NCBI GenBank assembly: GCA_018657385.1
Contig: JABHXF010000048.1
Location: 3,681 to 67,680 of the forward strand
Length of the DNA stretch: 64,000 bases
DNA from: Candidatus Woesearchaeota archaeon
GTDB lineage: Archaea; Nanobdellota; Nanobdellia; Woesearchaeales; DSVV01
Reading direction: 5' to 3'
In this document: piece by piece, positions 30,072 to 39,653 of the stretch
How positions within the stretch are numbered: position 1 is the first letter of the stretch
Layout of the letters: each line of letters begins with the position of its first letter
Notes under the pieces: generated by a model
Seen by the model: the letters and a program-made list of their open reading frames with translations, nothing else
Told to the model about the DNA's origin: nothing
The model's database searches: none
Translations under genes and position numbers: made by a program

Positions 30072-32306
30072 TTATTCTTTACATTGGTTATCATCTATTG
30101 GGCAATAAATTCTAACATGATAATGGTCTTTATGGCTTTTCCAATGTTTAAGTTTTGAAAATGCTTTTTTAATTATTGTTTGGTCTGGTTCACTTTGTTG
30201 TGCATATTCTTTTAATTTATTAATCAATTGCTGGTCAAGGTAAATTGCTTTAATGTTTCCTGATGCTAGCAAAGCTTTGATTAATATCCAGTTTGCATTT
30301 GCATCAAAATATTTTATTTTTGAACCTGTTGCATCTTCAAAATCATTGTAAACTTTATTGTTCTTATTGAAATATAAACCCATATCCACATCTCTACCAC
30401 TTTGATGAGATGCATGACCACTTAATTTTCCACCTTCTTTATCACTTAAATCATGAATATCTATTCTTGCACCTATTGCTTTTGCTGTTATACAACCTGC
30501 TTTCTCTATCATATTAACTAATTCAATAGTCCCATAAAATCTATTTCTTGAATGTTTATGTGAATAATAATGTGTTGTTTCTTTTTTAATAGTAGCAGGA
30601 TTCTTTAACATACCATTGGATGTATGACCAACTGACTCTGAGTTAAATGGGAATTGTGAAATTTGACAGCCAGAATCATCTATTGCAGGATATGCCACAT
30701 CAATAGTTGATTGTGTGATTAAATTTGCTTGATCTTGTTTATAACCATTTGGATAGTTTGATGATCTATCAATAACATTCTTGATAATCTCTTGTTTAAA
30801 TTCTTCTGAAGCAATTTTAGGAGCTCCTGCACCTAAATCTAAAGGAGTTACTTTGTAACCATGAACATTAGCTTGTTTATCAATGTCAATACTGAATAAA
30901 AGTGCCTTTCTTGCTTCTCCTCCTGTGTTTAATTTTGATATTTGAGAATTTTCGATTCCCTTTCCTGACAAAAGATTACCTAAACTATATACAATTACTT
31001 TTTGTTTGCTATTTTTTTCAATAAACTCAATCCCTTGTACACGATGTGGGCCATGACCTATTACTAAGTCTGCACCTGCATTTATAGCTGCTCTTGAGCC
31101 TGAGATATGGTCTTGGGGAGTATCATCACTTGATGTTCCCCAATGTAATGATGCTATTACAATATCTGCTCCTGCTTGTCTTGCTGATGTTATGTCTTGT
31201 TGAAGTTTGTTTTGACCAAATATATTTACTAATTCATTAACATTTCCACAATATTGTTTATCATGGCTGCCTTGTTTACTATGGCTATTAACATATTCAG
31301 TATAACAAACAAACCCAACTTTAATTCCATTATCAGCTGTTACAATTGTTTGTGTATTTTGTCCAGGTTCACTAGAAGTTTTAGTTGCACCACAATATGC
31401 AATATTGTTTTGTTCAAGATAACTTATTGTGTCTTGGACTCCTTGCTTTCCAAAATCACCTGCATGATTATTTGCTAATGTTACAACTGCTATATTGCTT
31501 TGTTTCATATAATCTGCATGTTTGGGCAGAACTCTAAAATGGTATATTTCTTTTAGTTTGCCATCTATCATATATTGTTGATATGGTAATTCTGTAATTA
31601 AAGTTTCAAGGTTAATAAAGACTAAAGCATTTTGGAATTCTTGTAATATATTACTAAATGGGTTTGTTGTTTGATCTAATGTTGTTGCATCTCCACCAAA
31701 TACTAATTTTATAGTTTCACCTGAAGAAACAGTCATTGTTGTGGCTTGTTCTTGTTTAATTTGGCTTTCAAAAGAGAAATATGTTGGAACATCTACTTTA
31801 TCTCCTTCAATTGCAATTTCATCTTTTGCAACACCAATAATGTTATTGTCTATAAATTTGTATTCATAAAAATTTTGAGGGATATTAAAATGTTCATCTA
31901 AGTTAAAATAACTATCAAAACCTTCTAAATATTTGTAAAATTGTGTATTAAACATAGTTTTAAAATCTGTTTTATAATTTTTTGGTAAACATAACTTGCC
32001 ATCAACATACCAATAAGGGACTCCATTAAATTCTCCACATTCTGTACTGGCAATGCCGCCCTTTAATGCAAGATTATATTCTGTATCCCTAACAGCATGT
32101 TTTGCACTAACATCAACATAATTAACTAAATTATCTCCTTCTTGTGCTGTTTTCATTACTTCTGTGGCAGCTTCACCCATTGTTCTTGTTTTGCCTTCTA
32201 AATCTACAATTATTAACATTAGCATAATCATTGAAAATATAACAACCCCTAATAAAATTATCATGAACTCATGTCCTGCTTTTTTATTTTTTATTTGGTT
32301 CTTCAT
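30072..32306 (-). CDS. Pilin-like protein with CapA (PGA_cap) metallophosphoesterase and MepA-type murein endopeptidase domains
   Basis: KKAG|HEF TM; GD, INLE, LANNHAGDFG, SLHWG, GHGPH, YSLGN; SVGHTSNGML, YGT, DLS..EGG, GHASHQSGRDVD, HKDHYHVR. Confidence 0.8.
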   Translation of the reverse strand: MKNQIKNKKAGHEFMIILLGVVIFSMIMLMLIIVDLEGKTRTMGEAATEVMKTAQEGDNLVNYVDVSAKHAVRDTEYNLALKGGIASTECGEFNGVPYWYVDGKLCLPKNYKTDFKTMFNTQFYKYLEGFDSYFNLDEHFNIPQNFYEYKFIDNNIIGVAKDEIAIEGDKVDVPTYFSFESQIKQEQATTMTVSSGETIKLVFGGDATTLDQTTNPFSNILQEFQNALVFINLETLITELPYQQYMIDGKLKEIYHFRVLPKHADYMKQSNIAVVTLANNHAGDFGKQGVQDTISYLEQNNIAYCGATKTSSEPGQNTQTIVTADNGIKVGFVCYTEYVNSHSKQGSHDKQYCGNVNELVNIFGQNKLQQDITSARQAGADIVIASLHWGTSSDDTPQDHISGSRAAINAGADLVIGHGPHRVQGIEFIEKNSKQKVIVYSLGNLLSGKGIENSQISKLNTGGEARKALLFSIDIDKQANVHGYKVTPLDLGAGAPKIASEEFKQEIIKNVIDRSSNYPNGYKQDQANLITQSTIDVAYPAIDDSGCQISQFPFNSESVGHTSNGMLKNPATIKKETTHYYSHKHSRNRFYGTIELVNMIEKAGCITAKAIGARIDIHDLSDKEGGKLSGHASHQSGRDVDMGLYFNKNNKVYNDFEDATGSKIKYFDANANWILIKALLASGNIKAIYLDQQLINKLKEYAQQSEPDQTIIKKAFSKLKHWKSHKDHYHVRIYCPIDDNQCKE

Positions 32307-32308
32307 TT

Positions 32309-32893
32309 TTAGTGGCAATTAATTGTTTCTAATGGTGCGTTTTTATGAATGCTTCGCATACATGAACATGTATTTATTGTTACCTTTAATGCATTGTTTT
32401 CTGGTAAAGGTAAATATGCTGTTTCTTCATTTGTGCTTTTTGAACACCAATTATATGTTAATATTTCTTCCCCCTTTATTGTTTTTACATCTAAATCAAA
32501 ACATTCACCAACATAATAATCACTTGATGTAGATTCTAAATTATAATTTTCAATAAAATTGGTAATTAAGCTACATGTTGCTTTGTTTTGTTCTTCTATT
32601 GATGAAAATAATTTTGCTTTTTCTCTAGAATAATAATGTTGAATTAATAGATCCCCAAAAGTTACATCTTCATATGAAGGTGTTTTTAACATTGTTAATA
32701 ACTCTCTTTTTGTCTGAATATTATCTAAATTAACATTAATTTTTTCTTCTTTTTTCTCTCCCACTAACATATTTACAACAAACAAGCTAATAGTAATAAT
32801 CAAAACAATTGATACAGTAATTAAAATATCTGTAGCTAATGTTTCCTGTGCCTTCTTATTTTTCCTTATTTTTCTAAATTTGTTTTTATTCAT
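32309..32893 (-). CDS. Pilin-like protein (class III signal peptide)
   Basis: KKA|QETLATDILITVSIVLIITISLF. Confidence 0.7.
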   Translation of the reverse strand: MNKNKFRKIRKNKKAQETLATDILITVSIVLIITISLFVVNMLVGEKKEEKINVNLDNIQTKRELLTMLKTPSYEDVTFGDLLIQHYYSREKAKLFSSIEEQNKATCSLITNFIENYNLESTSSDYYVGECFDLDVKTIKGEEILTYNWCSKSTNEETAYLPLPENNALKVTINTCSCMRSIHKNAPLETINCH

Positions 32894-32915
32894 TTTTTGA
32901 GTTTATTTGTTTTTT

Positions 32916-33512
32916 TTATGATTTTGGACTTAATACGGTCATATGCAAGGTTGCAGGATAATTTACAACTTTTAACATGCCATTTTCAACATTCTCTTTT
33001 CTTAAAACTACATTTATTGCTTTTTCTACTCTAATTGCATTTTGTTGTGAACCACTTGTCCAACCTGAAACAACTAAATATTCTTCAAAACTTTTCTTGT
33101 TATAATAAAACATTTTTAATTGCTCTAAATCTGTATCTTGAATATGGTCAGGAAAGGTTAATGAAAAATTTGATGTAATTAATGGATAATCTCCAAAATC
33201 AAATGCCTTGTTTAATCTTTTTTCTATTTCATTTGGATCAACAATATCTGCAAAATTAATGATTCCAGGATAAACTCTCCCTGTATCTTGATTTCTATAA
33301 CTTAAACCATTTTTTGAATAAAGTAATTGTTCAACAAACAATTCAACTTCTTCGTTTTGAATATTGGTATCTTTTTCAATGAATAAAAATACCATGAATG
33401 CAATTGAAAACAAAACTAATCCTAAAACAAATATTCTAAACATTACCATCATTAATTGAAAGTATGCCACCATTGATTTTTTGTTCTTAAATTGTTTTTT
33501 TGTTTTTGTCAT
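32916..33512 (-). CDS. Pilin-like protein (class III signal peptide)
   Basis: KKS|MVAYFQLMMVMFRIFVLGLVLFSI; LLYS.NGLSY…RVYPGII. Confidence 0.65.
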   Translation of the reverse strand: MTKTKKQFKNKKSMVAYFQLMMVMFRIFVLGLVLFSIAFMVFLFIEKDTNIQNEEVELFVEQLLYSKNGLSYRNQDTGRVYPGIINFADIVDPNEIEKRLNKAFDFGDYPLITSNFSLTFPDHIQDTDLEQLKMFYYNKKSFEEYLVVSGWTSGSQQNAIRVEKAINVVLRKENVENGMLKVVNYPATLHMTVLSPKS

Positions 33513-33593
33513 GCTTATTTTTTCCTATGTTTTTTCTTTTTTTTATGTTTGTTTATTCTTTGTTTAGTTAATTCTATGTTGTTTTTTTATTTT

Positions 33594-36209
33594 TTATTCG
33601 CCAGTTAATGAAAAATGCATATAATCTTTTTGATTAGTTTCCCAGTCTCCTCCCCAAATCCATCCTATCTGATCCATAATTACATATGCATATGAATTTT
33701 TTGTTATTGTTCCTTCAATCTCCTCTTGTCTTTCAGGATTTTTTTTACCTGCAATTGATAATGTGCATTTTTCAACATTCCATTTTTTGCACTTATTGTA
33801 TAATCCATTATAATCACGATTAATATCTATTGCAATTCCATATGGGTGTTCACCAAAATCTTTGCCTTTATTATAAGTACGACCTTCCCTAAATCCATCT
33901 ATTTCATAAATAGGGAATCCAGAATTAACAATATTTTGTAATGCTGCTTCTACTAACTTTTTATATTTCCAGCAAACTTCGATTGTATGGCCTGCAATTG
34001 TAATAGTTTCTTGATCTTCTCTACATAATGTACAACCAGAATCATGAATCTCTTCTCCAGTAATTGTTGAGTATGATTTCTTTTTTAGACCTTTATCATA
34101 ATATGTGCATGTTTTAGGTATTGTTCTTGTTTTTTCTGTTTCAATTGTTGATTCTTGTGAAAGTTCTGGTTGAATTAATGGTTCTAGTAAAATAGGATTA
34201 TTACTTTCCATACTAAAAAATTCTTTTGGAATGTTGCCGTGTTTTGTTTTTGTGTATATGTAATTAACATTGCTTTTATCCTTCAAAGATTTACCTTGTT
34301 CATCTGTGTCTGTATCTGGTTTTACAATAATATTAAATTCTACATTAGGATTATTATTTATTGCTGTTTCATATGCTTTTTGAGCCCAATTACCATAACT
34401 AGCATCTAAAAAATCAATCCTATTAACTTTAAAGCCAGATTCAGTAATTCTATATAACGGTACACCACCACCACTATGTCCTTTGATTGTAATTGAACCT
34501 ACTTTTACTCTTGAATCTAATTGACTTAAAACATCTAAAACATTTTGATGTAATATGTCTATACTTTCATCTTTAGCTGGATACATCCAATAACTATCAT
34601 AACCTGTACCAGTACAACCTCCTGCTCTAGGGCCTCCACTAAATGGATAAACTAAAATTACATTTCTTTTTGGATCTTTTCCAAGTTTTTCAGTTTCTTC
34701 TAATACTTCTTTTAATATTTCTAATCCTGAATCATGTGTAGATCCTTGATCTTTTGGGCATTTATTATATGAATCCTTGTTTGGATTAGTATACCATTCC
34801 TTTTTTTCACATAAACTTGTTCCTGTTATACAAGCAGGAACTTGTTCATTAAGTAAATAACCATGGCTGCCATGGAAATAATAAATTATTTCAAATTCTC
34901 TACCACAATCAGAATTTTCAGGAATTACAACTGCAACATCTCTATTTGCATTACCACTTAACTTTCCAACCCATGTTTTACCTTTGATCTTTGCAGTTTC
35001 TTCAACTAACGTTTGTTTAGGTGTTCCTCCAACTAATGATTTGTAGCCATCACTATTACATAAAATACTTGTTTGAACAGATACTTTTGATGCTTCATAT
35101 TTTTCAATTCCTTTTTTAATTGCTTGTGCTATCTTTGATTTAGCATCTTCTGTGTATAATGGGTTGTTTTCAAGATTTAAATTTCCTAATTCAAGTTTGA
35201 TAGCAAGTTTACTTTTTGTATTAGTGGTATCAATTGTTTGTTGATTTACAAATAAAGTAGGATCTTGTTGTTGTGTGGTTGTTAATACTTTTTTATCACT
35301 TATTTCTGGGAATACTTTTATGATCTCATCTAATATGGTTGTTGCAAGGAAACTGCTTTGTTCATTGTTTTCAGGAACATATGCATAAATTGGATTGCTA
35401 GTACTTCCTCCACTATTATCAAGAGTTTCTAGGCTCATTCCAATGCTTAATATTAAATCAGCTTTTTTAGGTATTAAGTTTAATCTTTTTTCCATTGTAA
35501 AATCTTGTTGTGGTTGTTTTTGTGTTCTTGCTTGAATAATTGTTTTTTCTAATGAAAGAAGTTGAGCAAGATTAGCAGTGATCTCATAACTTAAGAAATG
35601 TTCTGCTCCTGCTTTTCCTTGTTTTAAATCTTGTATTCCTGAACTAAAATGACCACCTACTGCATCTATTACTAATAACTTAATTGGTTGTACATTTGAT
35701 GTAAGCTTATATTCTGTAGAAGGAGATTCTTGAATTAATGCAGTATTATCATGTTTTAAGCCAACCATTCCTTTTGCATGTATTGAAAATGCATTATTAA
35801 AATTAGTTAATGTAAATCTTGTTGCATTTGTTAAAATATAAAGCCCATGTTCTAAATTGTTATTGTAAAAATAAGGGTAACTTAGTTTTGAGTAGAAATT
35901 TTCAGAAATTGTAATTTGGTTATTGTAAAATTCAAAATTATAAGTATCTTCTTCATCAAACACATGTAAAAAATCAAACATACTATCTCCTGCTTTTTTT
36001 GGAACATACTGGTATGCAACATTACCTGGCACAGATTGTATTGTATTACTAAGTAAACTTAGATCTCTTGTAATTAATTTTTTCTCATATAGTTTATTAT
36101 CTTCTAAGGAATAAAGGTAAAAAGATACCCCTCCAAATACAACTAAACCTAGAATTAGTTCTATGATTAATAGCTTCGCTATACTAATACCCCTTTTATT
36201 TTTAAACAT
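33594..36209 (-). CDS. Pilin-like protein with degenerate amidase_3, alpha/beta hydrolase and M15 peptidase domains
   Basis: KRG|ISI TM; VIDAVGGH…E…RLN…ADLILSI…LELGNL…IAQAIKKGI; YFHG…GHSGGG…LDASY…H; EHPYGIAIDIN…WGGDW…KDYMHF. Confidence 0.78.
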   Translation of the reverse strand: MFKNKRGISIAKLLIIELILGLVVFGGVSFYLYSLEDNKLYEKKLITRDLSLLSNTIQSVPGNVAYQYVPKKAGDSMFDFLHVFDEEDTYNFEFYNNQITISENFYSKLSYPYFYNNNLEHGLYILTNATRFTLTNFNNAFSIHAKGMVGLKHDNTALIQESPSTEYKLTSNVQPIKLLVIDAVGGHFSSGIQDLKQGKAGAEHFLSYEITANLAQLLSLEKTIIQARTQKQPQQDFTMEKRLNLIPKKADLILSIGMSLETLDNSGGSTSNPIYAYVPENNEQSSFLATTILDEIIKVFPEISDKKVLTTTQQQDPTLFVNQQTIDTTNTKSKLAIKLELGNLNLENNPLYTEDAKSKIAQAIKKGIEKYEASKVSVQTSILCNSDGYKSLVGGTPKQTLVEETAKIKGKTWVGKLSGNANRDVAVVIPENSDCGREFEIIYYFHGSHGYLLNEQVPACITGTSLCEKKEWYTNPNKDSYNKCPKDQGSTHDSGLEILKEVLEETEKLGKDPKRNVILVYPFSGGPRAGGCTGTGYDSYWMYPAKDESIDILHQNVLDVLSQLDSRVKVGSITIKGHSGGGVPLYRITESGFKVNRIDFLDASYGNWAQKAYETAINNNPNVEFNIIVKPDTDTDEQGKSLKDKSNVNYIYTKTKHGNIPKEFFSMESNNPILLEPLIQPELSQESTIETEKTRTIPKTCTYYDKGLKKKSYSTITGEEIHDSGCTLCREDQETITIAGHTIEVCWKYKKLVEAALQNIVNSGFPIYEIDGFREGRTYNKGKDFGEHPYGIAIDINRDYNGLYNKCKKWNVEKCTLSIAGKKNPERQEEIEGTITKNSYAYVIMDQIGWIWGGDWETNQKDYMHFSLTGE

Positions 36210-36349
36210 GATAATATATTTATATATTTATAGATTTATATAGTTTTTGTTATATATTACTAATTATAATATAACTTAATTTATAATTATAATCTTTTAT
36301 ATATTTCATTTAATATTAAATCTATTAATTAAAGAACATTCTTTACTAT

Positions 36350-38278
36350 CTATTTTGCTTTGAAGAAGCTAGTTGATTCTTTATGTAAGCAAAGCTCCCC
36401 ACTTTCTAATTTTACAATACTTAAATCTTTATCTTGTGGCCCAATGATTATTTGATCAATATTTGAATTATAATTTCCTAAATGATCAACATAACAATCA
36501 ATATTTATGGGATATTTTTTTTGACCAATTGTTTTGTATAATTTTATTGTTTCTTTCTCAGGTCCGTTATATTCTAAATATGCTATTCCTTCATCAATTC
36601 TTATTATCCATCCCTTGCTTTTTTCTTTTGTACTTGCCACTAATGTGTTTACAACAGGTTCATTACAACTAAGTTTGTTGCTTTTTACTGATTCTTGAAT
36701 CTTATTATTAAGAATTTCTAATTTTATTTTCTTTCCTCCTTGATTAATTTCATCATCTTCATCATAAATCTCAATTATTTTTTCTTCAGTTAAACTAAAT
36801 AAATTAACAAAACTATGGCTCTTATCCTTTATAAAAATATGTGGGGTAAAATATAATAAATATCTTCCATCTTCTTCAACTTTGAAAATATTAATATTTC
36901 TAACATCAAAATCATCTAAAATATATGTGTTTGGGCCTTCTTGATTGGCAATTATTTCAGAAATAATTGTTTCTTGTCCCTTCTTTATTTGGATATATGG
37001 TTTTATATTATAATCAACTCTTATTTCATAAATATAATTGTTTAGTTGTTCTGTAACATATGCATCATCTGTATAGTCTGAATCATAATCATCTTCTTGG
37101 GTAGTAGAATCTGTGTTTGTTTCTTCTTCCTCATCATCTGTATATGGTAATTCATAATTATATCTTCCTTCCCCATCTGCATATTCAATCATTTCATTTA
37201 CTTTTTCAATTCTATCTTCCCAAAATGGTATGTTCTCTTCATTTTCTCCTGATGGGAATTCCATGCAATAGCCTGCTTCAACTGAATATGTTGAATCAAT
37301 AGTCATTAAGTAGTCTGTCTGCAAATTATCATTGATTTGGTCACAAAAAATAAGATGTTGTTCAGGTTCTTCTAATTTTAATCTGAACATTTCAATTAAA
37401 TTGTGTGAATATGGTCCATCGCTTTCTAACCACTTGAATTTTCCAGCAGAAGTTTCAAGGGCATAAGTTTTAATTTTTTTAGGGATTCCTTGTTCTAATT
37501 CATATACTTCAATAAGGTTCTCTTCTATTTCATAATTGCTTGTTATAGGATAATAATAAATTCTTGGTTTTAATTCTAATCCTTCATATATATTAATTGC
37601 TTCTTGATTAAGTTCATCAGTAAGACCATGTGTTTCTAAACTACATTTTTGTATTGCATTGTTTAGATTTTCTATTGTTTTTAAGGATTGTTTTTCATCT
37701 AATCCTGCAAGACAATCACAGTATCCATGTCTACATGGTCCTGCATCACATAATGCTACTTCTTCATTAGCTCTTCTTATCATTAGACTAAAAAATTTCT
37801 TTTTATCTTCGTTATATTCTTTTTGATAAAGTTCTACATATGGTGCTTTGTTCCATCTATACTGAGAAAAACTAAGAACCATATTATCTACATTAGACTT
37901 AACTTTTTTACAAATAATTGGTGTTTCACATTCATCTAATTTTCCTTCACATAAACATAAACAATCTGAATTTATACATTCTTGATCCTCAATATTTATT
38001 TTATTTTTAGCACTCATGCTATTTACTATTGAATATTCTTCTGGATCACCAAGATCAATTGAATATTGTAAAATCGGGAAATGTGGTGGGAGATTTTGGA
38101 TGGTGTCAATTAATCCTAAAAAATTGCTTTTAACATTTTCTTCATTATTATCTTGAAAGAATATATTATAAATTGCAGCAGCAAGAAAAAAGATTACCAC
38201 CAAAACAATTAATCCTCTAATTAAATTAACTAAGAATTCTAAATCTATTAATCCTTTTTTGTACCTCTTTTTTGACAT
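36350..38278 (-). CDS. Large pilin-like protein (class III signal peptide), Cys-rich N-terminal part, acidic linker
   Basis: KKG|LIDLE (Glu at +5) + TM; CLCLC motif. Confidence 0.7.
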   Translation of the reverse strand: MSKKRYKKGLIDLEFLVNLIRGLIVLVVIFFLAAAIYNIFFQDNNEENVKSNFLGLIDTIQNLPPHFPILQYSIDLGDPEEYSIVNSMSAKNKINIEDQECINSDCLCLCEGKLDECETPIICKKVKSNVDNMVLSFSQYRWNKAPYVELYQKEYNEDKKKFFSLMIRRANEEVALCDAGPCRHGYCDCLAGLDEKQSLKTIENLNNAIQKCSLETHGLTDELNQEAINIYEGLELKPRIYYYPITSNYEIEENLIEVYELEQGIPKKIKTYALETSAGKFKWLESDGPYSHNLIEMFRLKLEEPEQHLIFCDQINDNLQTDYLMTIDSTYSVEAGYCMEFPSGENEENIPFWEDRIEKVNEMIEYADGEGRYNYELPYTDDEEEETNTDSTTQEDDYDSDYTDDAYVTEQLNNYIYEIRVDYNIKPYIQIKKGQETIISEIIANQEGPNTYILDDFDVRNINIFKVEEDGRYLLYFTPHIFIKDKSHSFVNLFSLTEEKIIEIYDEDDEINQGGKKIKLEILNNKIQESVKSNKLSCNEPVVNTLVASTKEKSKGWIIRIDEGIAYLEYNGPEKETIKLYKTIGQKKYPINIDCYVDHLGNYNSNIDQIIIGPQDKDLSIVKLESGELCLHKESTSFFKAK

Positions 38279-38309
38279 TTTTAATTTTAATCCCTAAGCT
38301 TAGAATAAT

Positions 38310-38591
38310 TTAAGTTACTGTTTGTTCACCTTGTTCTTCACAATGTATTTCTTTTCCATTAACTGTAATTGGTTCATTATATATTCCATCTTCACCACAA
38401 ATGATATTTTCTTTTTTTGTAAAATCACATCTGCATTGTGGATGAACTATCCATGGTTCAAGTTTATCTTTTTGTTCATTTGCCCAAGCAGTTGATCTTG
38501 CATAAAAAACTATTACTCCTCCCACTAATATCATAATTAATAAAAATAAACCAAGGGTTTGTGGTATTGAAAGTTGTGCTTTTTTTCTCAT
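38310..38591 (-). CDS. Small pilin-like protein
   Basis: KKA|QLSIPQTLGLFLLIMILVGG; 4 Cys. Confidence 0.7.
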   Translation of the reverse strand: MRKKAQLSIPQTLGLFLLIMILVGGVIVFYARSTAWANEQKDKLEPWIVHPQCRCDFTKKENIICGEDGIYNEPITVNGKEIHCEEQGEQTVT

Positions 38592-38608
38592 TTATTCCAC
38601 CTGTATTA

Positions 38609-38983
38609 TTATTGTTTCTTTTTACAACATCTATTACTACCAGTGCAATCTGCTGGTCCTAGATCATCAATAGATTCACATGTACTTTCACAAAAACCAC
38701 CGCTTGCTTTACAATTGCTGTAACAACATACCTCATCTGCTTTTGAACATTTGAAATCTATTTTTTGTGAGTAATACCATTTTGAATTATCTTCGCCTGG
38801 ACAATTATCTTTAGCAACACATGCTCCTCCTGGCTTTGATTCACAACCACTTATACTCATGGAAAATAATGATATCTTTCCAGAAAATACAATTATTAAT
38901 ACAACTACAACTACTAATACAATAACAGCTCCTGCTACCATGTTTAAACTTAAACCTTGAGCTTTTTTATTCATTTTGTACAT
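38609..38983 (-). CDS. Small Cys-rich pilin-like protein
   Basis: KKA|QGLSLNMVAGAVIVLVVVVVLIIVF; two C..GG.C…C…C…CC repeats. Confidence 0.75.
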   Translation of the reverse strand: MYKMNKKAQGLSLNMVAGAVIVLVVVVVLIIVFSGKISLFSMSISGCESKPGGACVAKDNCPGEDNSKWYYSQKIDFKCSKADEVCCYSNCKASGGFCESTCESIDDLGPADCTGSNRCCKKKQ

Positions 38984-39047
38984 GTTATCACCTTTTAATC
39001 TTCTTTTCTTGAATAATTTTGATTATTATTTGTTTTATAAATCTGGA

Positions 39048-39605
39048 TTATCCTGTTAACTTAATTGATAATTGTGCATAATAATTACTATCAGGATAAT
39101 TTTGTTTATATTCCTTAACTAATTCATTTGCTTCTTCACTCATACCTTTTTTAATATAAATACTTGTTAAATCTGAATATGCTGTATCAATCATTTGTTG
39201 TTGTGCATTTGGTTTTTTCTGAATGAAAAGTCTATAATGTAACATTGCCTCATCATATTTATTAGTTTCAAAAAAAGATTTAGCTATATAATAACGTTGA
39301 GTATCAACAATATTGTCTGAGCCTGGAGAATTAATTAATTCTTGGTATTTTGTAGCTGCTGAATCATAATTATGTTGTTGTGCATATAATTTTCCTTCAT
39401 TTGCTAATGTGATGAAGTGTTGTTCTTGTTGTTTTGATTCTGCTAATTGATCTTCATAATCTAATGGTGTGTCTACAATATATTTTGTGATTCCAGGCAA
39501 CCAATTGACTAAAATCAGATAACTTAAACCTGCAATAGCTATAATGCTTAAAACTAATCTAGCTGTTTTTCCTAACATTAATTCTTGGGCTTTTTTATTT
39601 CTCAT
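39048..39605 (-). CDS. Pilin-like protein with TPR domain
   Basis: KKA|QELM TM; YDSAATKYQELINSP, YYIAKSFFETNKYDEA…, YPDS TPR motifs. Confidence 0.75.
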   Translation of the reverse strand: MRNKKAQELMLGKTARLVLSIIAIAGLSYLILVNWLPGITKYIVDTPLDYEDQLAESKQQEQHFITLANEGKLYAQQHNYDSAATKYQELINSPGSDNIVDTQRYYIAKSFFETNKYDEAMLHYRLFIQKKPNAQQQMIDTAYSDLTSIYIKKGMSEEANELVKEYKQNYPDSNYYAQLSIKLTG

Positions 39606-39653
39606 TTTAATTTTGTTTAACTTTGAATTTATTATCGGATTTGCTTTTTTATA

